A stretch of 64,000 nucleotides of DNA from Candidatus Woykebacteria bacterium RBG_13_40_15 (GTDB lineage Bacteria > Patescibacteriota > Microgenomatia > Woykebacterales > RBG-16-39-9b): contig MHCP01000014.1 in the NCBI GenBank assembly GCA_001816655.1, positions 27,068 to 91,067 of the forward strand. The letters are read 5' to 3'. Position 1 is the first letter of the stretch; the number at the start of each line of letters is the position of its first letter. Under the pieces are notes generated by a model. The model had not been told where the DNA came from. It made no database searches and saw nothing but the letters and a program-made list of their open reading frames with translations. The translations under genes were made by a program, and so were the position numbers. This document shows positions 8,900-16,055 of this stretch, piece after piece.

Positions 8900-10009
8900 A
8901 TGAAAGTAGCAATTTGTGGGGGGCATCTCACCCCGGCATTAGCAGTAATAGGGGAGCTAAAAAAACGTGGCATTAAAGATTTAATCTTCATTGGTCGCGA
9001 AAAAGCGACAGAAGGGGATAGTGCTTCAAGCGCTGAATCAGTAGTTATACCAACTCTGGACATTAAATTCTATGCTATTTCAGCAGGAAGATTGCAGAGA
9101 AAATTTACTAGGTATACGATTCCAAGCTTATTAAAAGTGCCGATTGGGTTGGCTCAAACTCTTTTAATCCTAAGTCAAGAGAAACCAAATCTTGTGATTT
9201 CTTTTGGTAGTTACGTTGCTTTTCCCGTTGTAGTTGCCGCTTGGATTTTAGGGATTCCTTCAATTACCCATGAGCAGACTGTTAAAGGCGGGTTGGCAAA
9301 CCATTTAATTGCCCGTTTCGCTAAAAAGATTGCCGTTTCGTGGCCTGATTCTTTAGAATTTTTTCCAAAAGAAAGAACAGTTCTTACTGGGAACCCAATT
9401 CGTGGAGAAATTTTGAGTATAAAGAAAAAAAGGGTAAGTCGCCCAGTCGTTTTTATAACCGGGGGGAACCAAGGCGCCCACACTCTAAATGAAATTGTCT
9501 TGGAAATAATTGAAGAATTGCTACAAAAATATGAAATTATTCACCAAACAGGCGGAGCAACAAAATTTAAGGATTTCGAAATGTTGAGCGCTAGGGTAAC
9601 GCAGCTTTCCCAGCGGCTGCAAAATCGTTATAAATTGTCAAAGTGGTTGAATAGCAACGATCTTATCGAGGTTTATTCCCGCGCTTCCTTGATTGTTGGG
9701 CGATCTGGGGCAAATACAGTTAGCGAGGCTGCTGCGGTTGGGATTCCAGCCTTATTTATCCCACTTCCTTGGGCAGGCGGTGGGGAACAGGATAGAAATG
9801 CAGAAATGTTGAAAGAGCTTGGCGCAGCCTTGATTTTACCACAAGATCGTCTTACCCCACAAAGGCTATTTGCGGCAATTAATATGATCATCAGTAATTT
9901 CGACGAATTCAAAAAATCTGCAAAAAAAGCAAAGAAATTAATTTATCCACAAGCAGCGAAAAACTTCGTCGACGAAGCTTTGAAATTAACCGACCAAAAT
10001 GCTGTTTAA
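8900..10009 (+). CDS. murG: undecaprenyldiphospho-muramoylpentapeptide beta-N-acetylglucosaminyltransferase
   Basis: N-terminus MKVAICGGHLTPALAV and GT-B fold. Confidence 0.8.
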   Translation: MKVAICGGHLTPALAVIGELKKRGIKDLIFIGREKATEGDSASSAESVVIPTLDIKFYAISAGRLQRKFTRYTIPSLLKVPIGLAQTLLILSQEKPNLVISFGSYVAFPVVVAAWILGIPSITHEQTVKGGLANHLIARFAKKIAVSWPDSLEFFPKERTVLTGNPIRGEILSIKKKRVSRPVVFITGGNQGAHTLNEIVLEIIEELLQKYEIIHQTGGATKFKDFEMLSARVTQLSQRLQNRYKLSKWLNSNDLIEVYSRASLIVGRSGANTVSEAAAVGIPALFIPLPWAGGGEQDRNAEMLKELGAALILPQDRLTPQRLFAAINMIISNFDEFKKSAKKAKKLIYPQAAKNFVDEALKLTDQNAV

Positions 10010-10466
10010 AAAACAAAGACCAAAAACCTTCGAGATTTCAAATGTAAATTCGAATAGGAAAAAAATAATTTTTTGGATTGAAATTGTGGCCGTTTTCACT
10101 TTAATTTCTGGGATTTGCTTTAGCTTTTTAAATGTGAAAAACTTTGATTTCTCAAAATTTCTCGAGACTATAAAAAGTTCAAGTGGATTAAAAAAGGACG
10201 AAGCAGAATCTAGGGAACTTACCTTTTTGGATAAAGCGAGAAATTCAATAGATAAAAAACTTTTGTCTATTACAGAATTGAAAGAGACACCAGAAGTCCT
10301 GAGCATTAAGAGTAGGGAGGGAATTGACGTTTTCATTTCGAAAAATAAAGATTTAGAAACCCAGGTGAAGACTTTACAAACTGTTCTATCTAAAGCTAAA
10401 ATAGAGAAAAGGGAAGTTTTGTTGGTGGATTTCAGATTTGATAAACTCACTGTTCGTTACAAATAG
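9999..10466 (+). CDS. small membrane-anchored protein, possible minimal FtsQ/DivIB-like
   Basis: N-terminal TM helix. Sits between murG and ftsA, where ftsQ normally lies. No clear POTRA signature readable by eye. Confidence 0.3.
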   Translation: MLFKKQRPKTFEISNVNSNRKKIIFWIEIVAVFTLISGICFSFLNVKNFDFSKFLETIKSSSGLKKDEAESRELTFLDKARNSIDKKLLSITELKETPEVLSIKSREGIDVFISKNKDLETQVKTLQTVLSKAKIEKREVLLVDFRFDKLTVRYK

Positions 10467-10500
10467 TTTATTCGAAGCTGATTAAATAAGAAGAGGAAAT

Positions 10501-11787
10501 GTGGCTAGAGAAAAAATTATTACGGCACTTGATGTCGGCTCCTCAAAAATTACTACATTGATCGCGAATTCTACCGAAGACGCGCTGACTGTCATCGGAG
10601 TTTCAACTGTTGCATCAAAGGGGATAAGAAAAGGACAAGTTGTTGATATCGATGAAGCTGTTAGCGCAATTTCGGAAAGTCTAGAAGCGGCGGAGCGAAT
10701 GGCTGGGGTTTCTACCTCCTCATGCTTTGCTAGTATTGGTGGTGTTCAAATCTCTTCTATAAATTCGAGAGGAGTGGTCGCCGTAGCTGGTGGCGAAAAT
10801 GAAATCAGCGAAGAAGATGTAAAAAGGGTTGTTGAAGCCGCTCAGGCAATTTCAACACCCTCTTCCAGAGAAATAATTCACGTCATACCGCGCGATTATA
10901 TTGTAGATTCCCAAGAAGGCATTAAAGATCCGGTTGGAATGACCGGTGTCCGTTTAGAAGTAGAGACTCATATAATTACTGGGGCTACTACTAGTATGAG
11001 GAATCTTGTTAAATGTATTCAGCAAGTGGGTTTGGATGTAGAAGGTTTGGTTTTTTCTGGTATTGCAAGTGCAGAATCTACTCTGACAGATACAGAAAAA
11101 GAGCTCGGTGTTGCTTTGATAGATATTGGCGGAGGCACGACCGATGTTGCTCTTTTTGTTGATGGGTCCATAGCCCACTCGGCTGTAATTCCAATTGGGG
11201 GTATAAATATTACTAACGATTTAGCTATTGGACTTCGCAGTTCTCTTGAAACAGCCCAAAAAATAAAATTGGCATTGAGTGAGAAAAGCGAAAAAGAGAA
11301 GATAGAGAGGACTGATAAAGAAGAAAGCTCTTCCAAAAGAAAGGAGGACACAGTTGATACATCTAATTTGGGGATAACAGAGGACTTGGGAAGCAGCCTT
11401 TCGCGGAAAACTTTAACTGAAGGGATTATAAAACCCAGATTGACAGAGATTTTCACTTTGATCGGAATGGAGATAAAACGAGCTGGATACGCTGGTCTTT
11501 TACCGGCCGGTTTAGTAATAACTGGTGGGGCGGCAGATACAATCCTTTTGAGGCAATTGGGGAAAGATACTTTGCGAATGCCTGTTAGGATTGCAGAACC
11601 GAAGGGAGTAAGTGGTTTAATTGACGAGATCTCAAACCCAGCATATGCGGCGTCCGTTGGGCTGCTTTTATATGCCCAAAAGAGTGGTTTAACAATTTCG
11701 GTTGGGGGTATAAGTTTGCCCCGCGGTAAGAACATCACCGACATCTTCAAAAAAGTATTTGGTTGGGCTAGGGGCCTTATCCACTAA
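10501..11787 (+). CDS. ftsA: cell division protein FtsA
   Basis: Actin-fold N-terminus IITALDVGSSKITTLIA. GTG start at 10501 with AGAGGA RBS. Confidence 0.85.
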   Translation: MAREKIITALDVGSSKITTLIANSTEDALTVIGVSTVASKGIRKGQVVDIDEAVSAISESLEAAERMAGVSTSSCFASIGGVQISSINSRGVVAVAGGENEISEEDVKRVVEAAQAISTPSSREIIHVIPRDYIVDSQEGIKDPVGMTGVRLEVETHIITGATTSMRNLVKCIQQVGLDVEGLVFSGIASAESTLTDTEKELGVALIDIGGGTTDVALFVDGSIAHSAVIPIGGINITNDLAIGLRSSLETAQKIKLALSEKSEKEKIERTDKEESSSKRKEDTVDTSNLGITEDLGSSLSRKTLTEGIIKPRLTEIFTLIGMEIKRAGYAGLLPAGLVITGGAADTILLRQLGKDTLRMPVRIAEPKGVSGLIDEISNPAYAASVGLLLYAQKSGLTISVGGISLPRGKNITDIFKKVFGWARGLIH

Positions 11788-11850
11788 AAAACAATTGACA
11801 AAAATTTCCGTTTAATGTACGCTGAAAAGACTCCAGTTTAAGGCAGGTTT

Positions 11851-12942
11851 ATGTTAATAAAGCCAGAAGTTAACAGATTCGCAAAGATTAAAGTTATTGG
11901 AATCGGGGGTGCTGGGTGCAATGCTCTCAATTCAATGATTTCCCTTCAACAAATTCAAGGCGTTGATTTTGTGGGTGTGAATACCGATGCTCAAGCCCTT
12001 CTTTCCTGTTTAGCTCCAACAAAAATCCAAATCGGAGAACAATTAACAAAAGGATTAGGTAGTGGGGGCTTTCCTGAAATTGGTCGAAAGGCTGCCGAAG
12101 AAAGTGCAGAAAAAATGCAGGAAGTAATTAAAGATTCCGATATGGTCTTCCTGACCGCTGGTATGGGTGGTGGTACTGGAACAGGAGCTTGCCCAATAAT
12201 AGCTGAGATCGCGAAGAAAACAGGGGTTTTGACTGTCGCAGTAGTTACTAAACCATTTGCCTTTGAAGGAGCGCACAGGAGAATTGTAGCTGAAGAAGGT
12301 GTAGAAAGCTTGAAAGATAAACTTGATACCATGATCGTTATTCCAAATCAAAGGCTTCTTGATGTAGTCGACAAGAAAATGAGTTTACTCGAAGCTTTTA
12401 AAGTTGCTGATTCAGTTTTGGGCCAGGGAGTGCAAGGAATTTCGGATATTATTGTGTTGCCAGGTCTTATAAATGTTGATTTTGCCGATGTTAGAACAAT
12501 TATGACGAATGCCGGGAGTTCCTTGATGGGTATTGGGCTAGGGTCCGGTGAGGGAAGAGCCGCAGCTGCGGCTAGAGCGGCAGTTGCTTCTCCGCTTCTC
12601 GAAGTTTCCATTGAGGGGGCTAAGGGAATTTTGTTTAGTATTACTGGTGGCCCGGACCTTTCAATGTATGAGGTTGATGAAGCAGCAAAAATCATTTCAG
12701 CTGCGGCAGAAAGTGATGCAAATATAATTTTTGGGGCGGCGATTGATGAAGCAATGGTGGATCAGGTAAAGATTACAGTAATTGCGACTGGTTTCTCGGA
12801 AGATAGAGTACGCGCAGTTGAAACCAAAGAAGCCCTAGAATCTCTTCCTGAAGTGGCTACTGCGGTTGAGGGCGACGGTTCCCCCGTTTCCGATGAAGAC
12901 ACTGACCAGTTCGACATACCAGCTTTCTTACGTCAACGTTAG
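11851..12942 (+). CDS. ftsZ: cell division protein FtsZ
   Basis: IGIGGAGCNALNSM and tubulin signature GGGTGTG. Confidence 0.9.
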   Translation: MLIKPEVNRFAKIKVIGIGGAGCNALNSMISLQQIQGVDFVGVNTDAQALLSCLAPTKIQIGEQLTKGLGSGGFPEIGRKAAEESAEKMQEVIKDSDMVFLTAGMGGGTGTGACPIIAEIAKKTGVLTVAVVTKPFAFEGAHRRIVAEEGVESLKDKLDTMIVIPNQRLLDVVDKKMSLLEAFKVADSVLGQGVQGISDIIVLPGLINVDFADVRTIMTNAGSSLMGIGLGSGEGRAAAAARAAVASPLLEVSIEGAKGILFSITGGPDLSMYEVDEAAKIISAAAESDANIIFGAAIDEAMVDQVKITVIATGFSEDRVRAVETKEALESLPEVATAVEGDGSPVSDEDTDQFDIPAFLRQR

Positions 12943-13077
12943 AAAGACGGTATACTAGATGTTTCAGCATCGTCTATTCCAGCTTTTTTGAGGCGTACTA
13001 ATTGACTTACCTTTAAAACCATATTGACAGAAATATAGTCCGAAATATATAGTTACGGTGGGCCCCAAAAAGACTTT

Positions 13078-13096
13078 CCCCTTCGGGGCTTTTTTT
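13078..13096 (+). terminator. intrinsic terminator-like hairpin after ftsZ
   Basis: Stem CCCC-TTCG-GGGG followed by CTTTTTTT. It directly abuts the pyrG start. Confidence 0.5.
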
Positions 13097-13097
13097 G

Positions 13098-14726
13098 ATG
13101 GTAAACAAGGCAGGTACAAAATATATTTTTATTTCTGGTGGAGTACTATCAGGAGTTGGTAAGGGAATAACTACCGCTTCTTTAGCTTTAATTTTAAAAT
13201 CAAAAGGCTTTACGGTAAGCCCTTTTAAATGTGATCCCTACATTAACGTAGATGCTGGTACGATGAATCCGACCGAACACGGCGAGGTTTTTGTGACCGA
13301 TGATGGGGCGGAGACAGACCAAGACCTTGGTCACTACGAGCGCTTTTTGGATATTGATCTTTCTGGGGCAAACTTTACTACTACCGGGCAAATTTATCAG
13401 ACAGTTATTCAAAAAGAGAGAAATTTAGATTATAAGGGTAAGTGTGTTGAAGTTGTACCTCATATTCCTGAGGAAATTATCAGGCGGATAAAAATTGCTG
13501 GGGAAAAGAATAATGCGGATATAGTACTTGTGGAAATTGGAGGAACAGTTGGCGAGTACCAAAATATTTTATTTCTGGAAGCCGCCAGAATTCTGAAATT
13601 TCGCCAACCTCAAGATGTGATTCATATTCATGTAGGTTACTTGCCAACTCCGAATAGTTTAGGGGAGATGAAATCAAAACCGGTCCAACAGTCGGTTCGG
13701 CTTCTAAATTCAGCCGGGATTCAACCCGATATTCTGGTTTGTCGGTCAGACGAGTTTATGGACGAGAAACGCCGGGAAAAACTCGCTCTTTTTTGCAACA
13801 TGAACCAAGCTGATATTTTTCGAAATCCCGATGTCGATTCAATTTATGAAGTCCCATTAGTTTTGGAAAAACAGCAAATAGGCCAAAAGGTCCTTGAAAA
13901 ATTAAAGTTTAGAGTTGGGAAAAAAGACCTATCGGCCTGGGAGAGTTTAGTTGCTACTATTAAAAAACCAAAAAAAGAATTGCCAATTGCGGTAGTTGGC
14001 AAATATTTTACCACTGGAGACTTTTCCTTGGAAGATTCTTACATTTCAGTAATTGAAGCAATTAAACATGCTTGTTGGGCGAATGTTGTAAATTCTCGAA
14101 TTGTCTGGGTCGATAGTGAGAAAATTGAAAAGGAAGGAACGGGAGCCCTAAAAAAATTTAAAGGGGTTGTAGTTCCTGGTGGTTTTGGTAGTAGAGGGGT
14201 TGAGGGGATTATTAAAGCGATTCAATTCGCCAGAGAAAATAAAGTGCCTTACTTGGGCCTTTGTTTTGGTATGCAGCTTGCAACAGTTGAGTTTGCAAGA
14301 AATGTAGCAGAGTTGAAAGACGCTAATACTACCGAAATAAATAGTGACGCGTACAACAAAGTAATTCATGTAATGCCGGAACAAGAAAAGTTATTAATTG
14401 GTAAGGAGTATGGTGGTACTATGCGGCTAGGAGCCTTTCCTTGTAAACTAGTTAATGGGACTACTGCACAGAAAGCGTATGGTCGCAATGAAATTTATGA
14501 GAGGCACCGTCATCGATATGAATTTAATAGTCAATTTAGAGATAAACTAGAAAAGTCAGGCTTTATTGTTTCAGGTACAAGTTTGAATGGCCGTCTTGTA
14601 GAGATAATTGAGATAAAAGGGCACCCTTTCTTTGTCGGGACACAATTTCATCCCGAATTTAAATCTAGACCACTCAGGCCTCACCCACTATTTTCAGCCT
14701 TTATTAAAAAAAGCTGTCTAGCATAA
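13098..14726 (+). CDS. pyrG: CTP synthase
   Basis: N-terminus KYIFISGGVLSGVGKGITTASLA. C-terminal glutamine amidotransferase domain GLCFGMQ. Confidence 0.9.
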   Translation: MVNKAGTKYIFISGGVLSGVGKGITTASLALILKSKGFTVSPFKCDPYINVDAGTMNPTEHGEVFVTDDGAETDQDLGHYERFLDIDLSGANFTTTGQIYQTVIQKERNLDYKGKCVEVVPHIPEEIIRRIKIAGEKNNADIVLVEIGGTVGEYQNILFLEAARILKFRQPQDVIHIHVGYLPTPNSLGEMKSKPVQQSVRLLNSAGIQPDILVCRSDEFMDEKRREKLALFCNMNQADIFRNPDVDSIYEVPLVLEKQQIGQKVLEKLKFRVGKKDLSAWESLVATIKKPKKELPIAVVGKYFTTGDFSLEDSYISVIEAIKHACWANVVNSRIVWVDSEKIEKEGTGALKKFKGVVVPGGFGSRGVEGIIKAIQFARENKVPYLGLCFGMQLATVEFARNVAELKDANTTEINSDAYNKVIHVMPEQEKLLIGKEYGGTMRLGAFPCKLVNGTTAQKAYGRNEIYERHRHRYEFNSQFRDKLEKSGFIVSGTSLNGRLVEIIEIKGHPFFVGTQFHPEFKSRPLRPHPLFSAFIKKSCLA

Positions 14727-14728
14727 AA

Positions 14729-14760
14729 GAACTCCCCGTGGAGGGCAACACAGGGAGTTC
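14729..14760 (-). terminator. hairpin (GAACTCCC...GGGAGTTC) with a T-run on the minus strand, probable terminator of the MerR-like gene, possibly bidirectional
   Basis: 8-bp stem. An A-run precedes it on plus, giving a T-run on minus. Confidence 0.4.
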
Positions 14761-14890
14761 GAGGTATGAATTATAGCTTATTATTACAATACTTGTAAGT
14801 GATTAACTTACAAAATTGCACAATAGTATTATCAGAAATACGTTGGAGCGTCAACAATCAAGCATTAATTTGATCTATAAAGAAAGCGGT

Positions 14891-15202
14891 TTAGATTATA
14901 TTGAATTCGTCGAAATCGGGGAAAATTTTTTTCTGCAAATCTACGCCATTTTTTCCAGCCAACTCGATCAACTTTAAAATTGAAGCCACTCCTGCAAGAT
15001 TTATTCCCTTCTTATTGGTTAGGTGCCTAATAAATTGCAGTTTTCGGATATCCTTTTGTGAAAATCTTCTTCGGTTTGTTTTAGTCCGCGCTGGGATAAC
15101 TAATCCTTCGTTTTCATAAATCATAAGAGTCCTGGGGTGAACTCCCATTATTTCGGCCGTGACAGAAAGTGTGAATAAGGGTTTGGTATCTGCTGATGTC
15201 AT
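14891..15202 (-). CDS. MerR-family transcriptional regulator (HspR-like)
   Basis: HTH region FTLSVTAEIMGVHPRTLMIYENEGLV. 103 aa. Confidence 0.7.
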   Translation of the reverse strand: MTSADTKPLFTLSVTAEIMGVHPRTLMIYENEGLVIPARTKTNRRRFSQKDIRKLQFIRHLTNKKGINLAGVASILKLIELAGKNGVDLQKKIFPDFDEFNII

Positions 15203-15508
15203 AGGAAAATACTACGATATAATATACTAATAAAATATCAATATGCAAGTGTTATTTTAGCGTAGTGAAAACCGTTTTCTTATCGGAACGGTTGAAGAAG
15301 CTAAAAGAAACTTCTTCCGATTTCGGAAGCCGAAGGTTTTAGCCCGCGGAGCTTCATTTTTGGGCTAGGTAGTAGGTTGGCTGTTGCATTTTTATGCGGA
15401 TCGGTATATTTTTTAATTAGTTAAATATTTGTTGTGTGTAGCCCGTTTTAATGTTTTAGACGGGCGTATTTTGGAACGGGCTTTGAGGGCAACACATAAC
15501 AGGGAAAA

Positions 15509-15536
15509 CCCCGGCAACTTCCGGGGTTTTCTTTTT
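15509..15536 (+). terminator. intrinsic terminator (CCCCGG-caactt-CCGGGG-TTTTCTTTTT) with no upstream protein gene on plus
   Basis: Perfect 6-bp GC stem followed by a T-run. The only upstream plus-strand sequence is a 300-nt ORF-less structured region. Confidence 0.5.
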
Positions 15537-15682
15537 ACCAATTGACCCCTTGACAAATAGTTAGACTTTTTATTACAGTAATGTTGTAAGGTTTTATGAT
15601 AGTAAGACTTTAGTATTAAGCAGGTTTTAAATGCAAGAGTCAGTTTAGAACAATCTTGAAGGGAGGTGAAAATAACAAGACT

Positions 15683-15940
15683 ATGACAATGAGTACCGAA
15701 GAAGCTGGGAGGAGAGGAGGCTTGATGGTAAAAAAGAAATATGGTCCCTCTTTTTACTCTGAGATCGGCCGAAAAGGTGGTCAAGCAACCAAAAAGGCAT
15801 ACGGCCCAGACTTTTATTCGAAGATCGGGGAAAAAGGTGGCGAGATGGTAAAGGAAAAGCATGGCCCCTCGTTTTACTCAGAGATTGGTAAGAAAGGTGG
15901 AAGAATGCGAGCGAACAAGCAAATGAAGTTTGAGTTTTAG
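15683..15940 (+). CDS. KGG-repeat general stress protein (YciG/Con-10-like)
   Basis: Three tandem ~20-aa repeats: YGPSFYSEIGRKGGQ, YGPDFYSKIGEKGGE, HGPSFYSEIGKKGGR. GGGAGGTG RBS. Start placed at the ATG at 15683. Confidence 0.7.
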   Translation: MTMSTEEAGRRGGLMVKKKYGPSFYSEIGRKGGQATKKAYGPDFYSKIGEKGGEMVKEKHGPSFYSEIGKKGGRMRANKQMKFEF

Positions 15941-16055
15941 CTTGGCGATTATGCCCTTAGTGGTCAAGCTAACCCCCGATCATTTCGGGGGAGGAATTAT
16001 CCGTAGTAAAAGCCGCTTGTCTAATTAGCCGTTTTTTGGTTTAATTTACTTCACG

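Noticed and set aside
11019-11750. 243-aa minus-strand ORF inside ftsA, and similar antisense ORFs inside ftsZ, ppsA, hppA, copB, typA, the 41153-42121 acyltransferase and others
   Set aside because: They lie wholly antisense to or within strongly supported conserved genes. They have low-complexity translations, no RBS and no homology, so they are artefacts of long genes in a six-frame scan.
11788-11850. Promoter TTGACA...TACGCT upstream of ftsZ
   Set aside because: The -10 is weak and the spacing ambiguous, so it is not reported as a feature.
15413-15862. 149-aa minus-strand ORF spanning the KGG gene and its upstream region
   Set aside because: It is antisense to the repeat-encoded KGG gene with a low-complexity product. 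The interval is better explained by the structured non-coding region plus the KGG CDS.
15941-16055. Possible T-box leader upstream of ileS
   Set aside because: Only ~115 nt are available. It has a single GC hairpin without a T-run and no recognisable specifier/T-box consensus.
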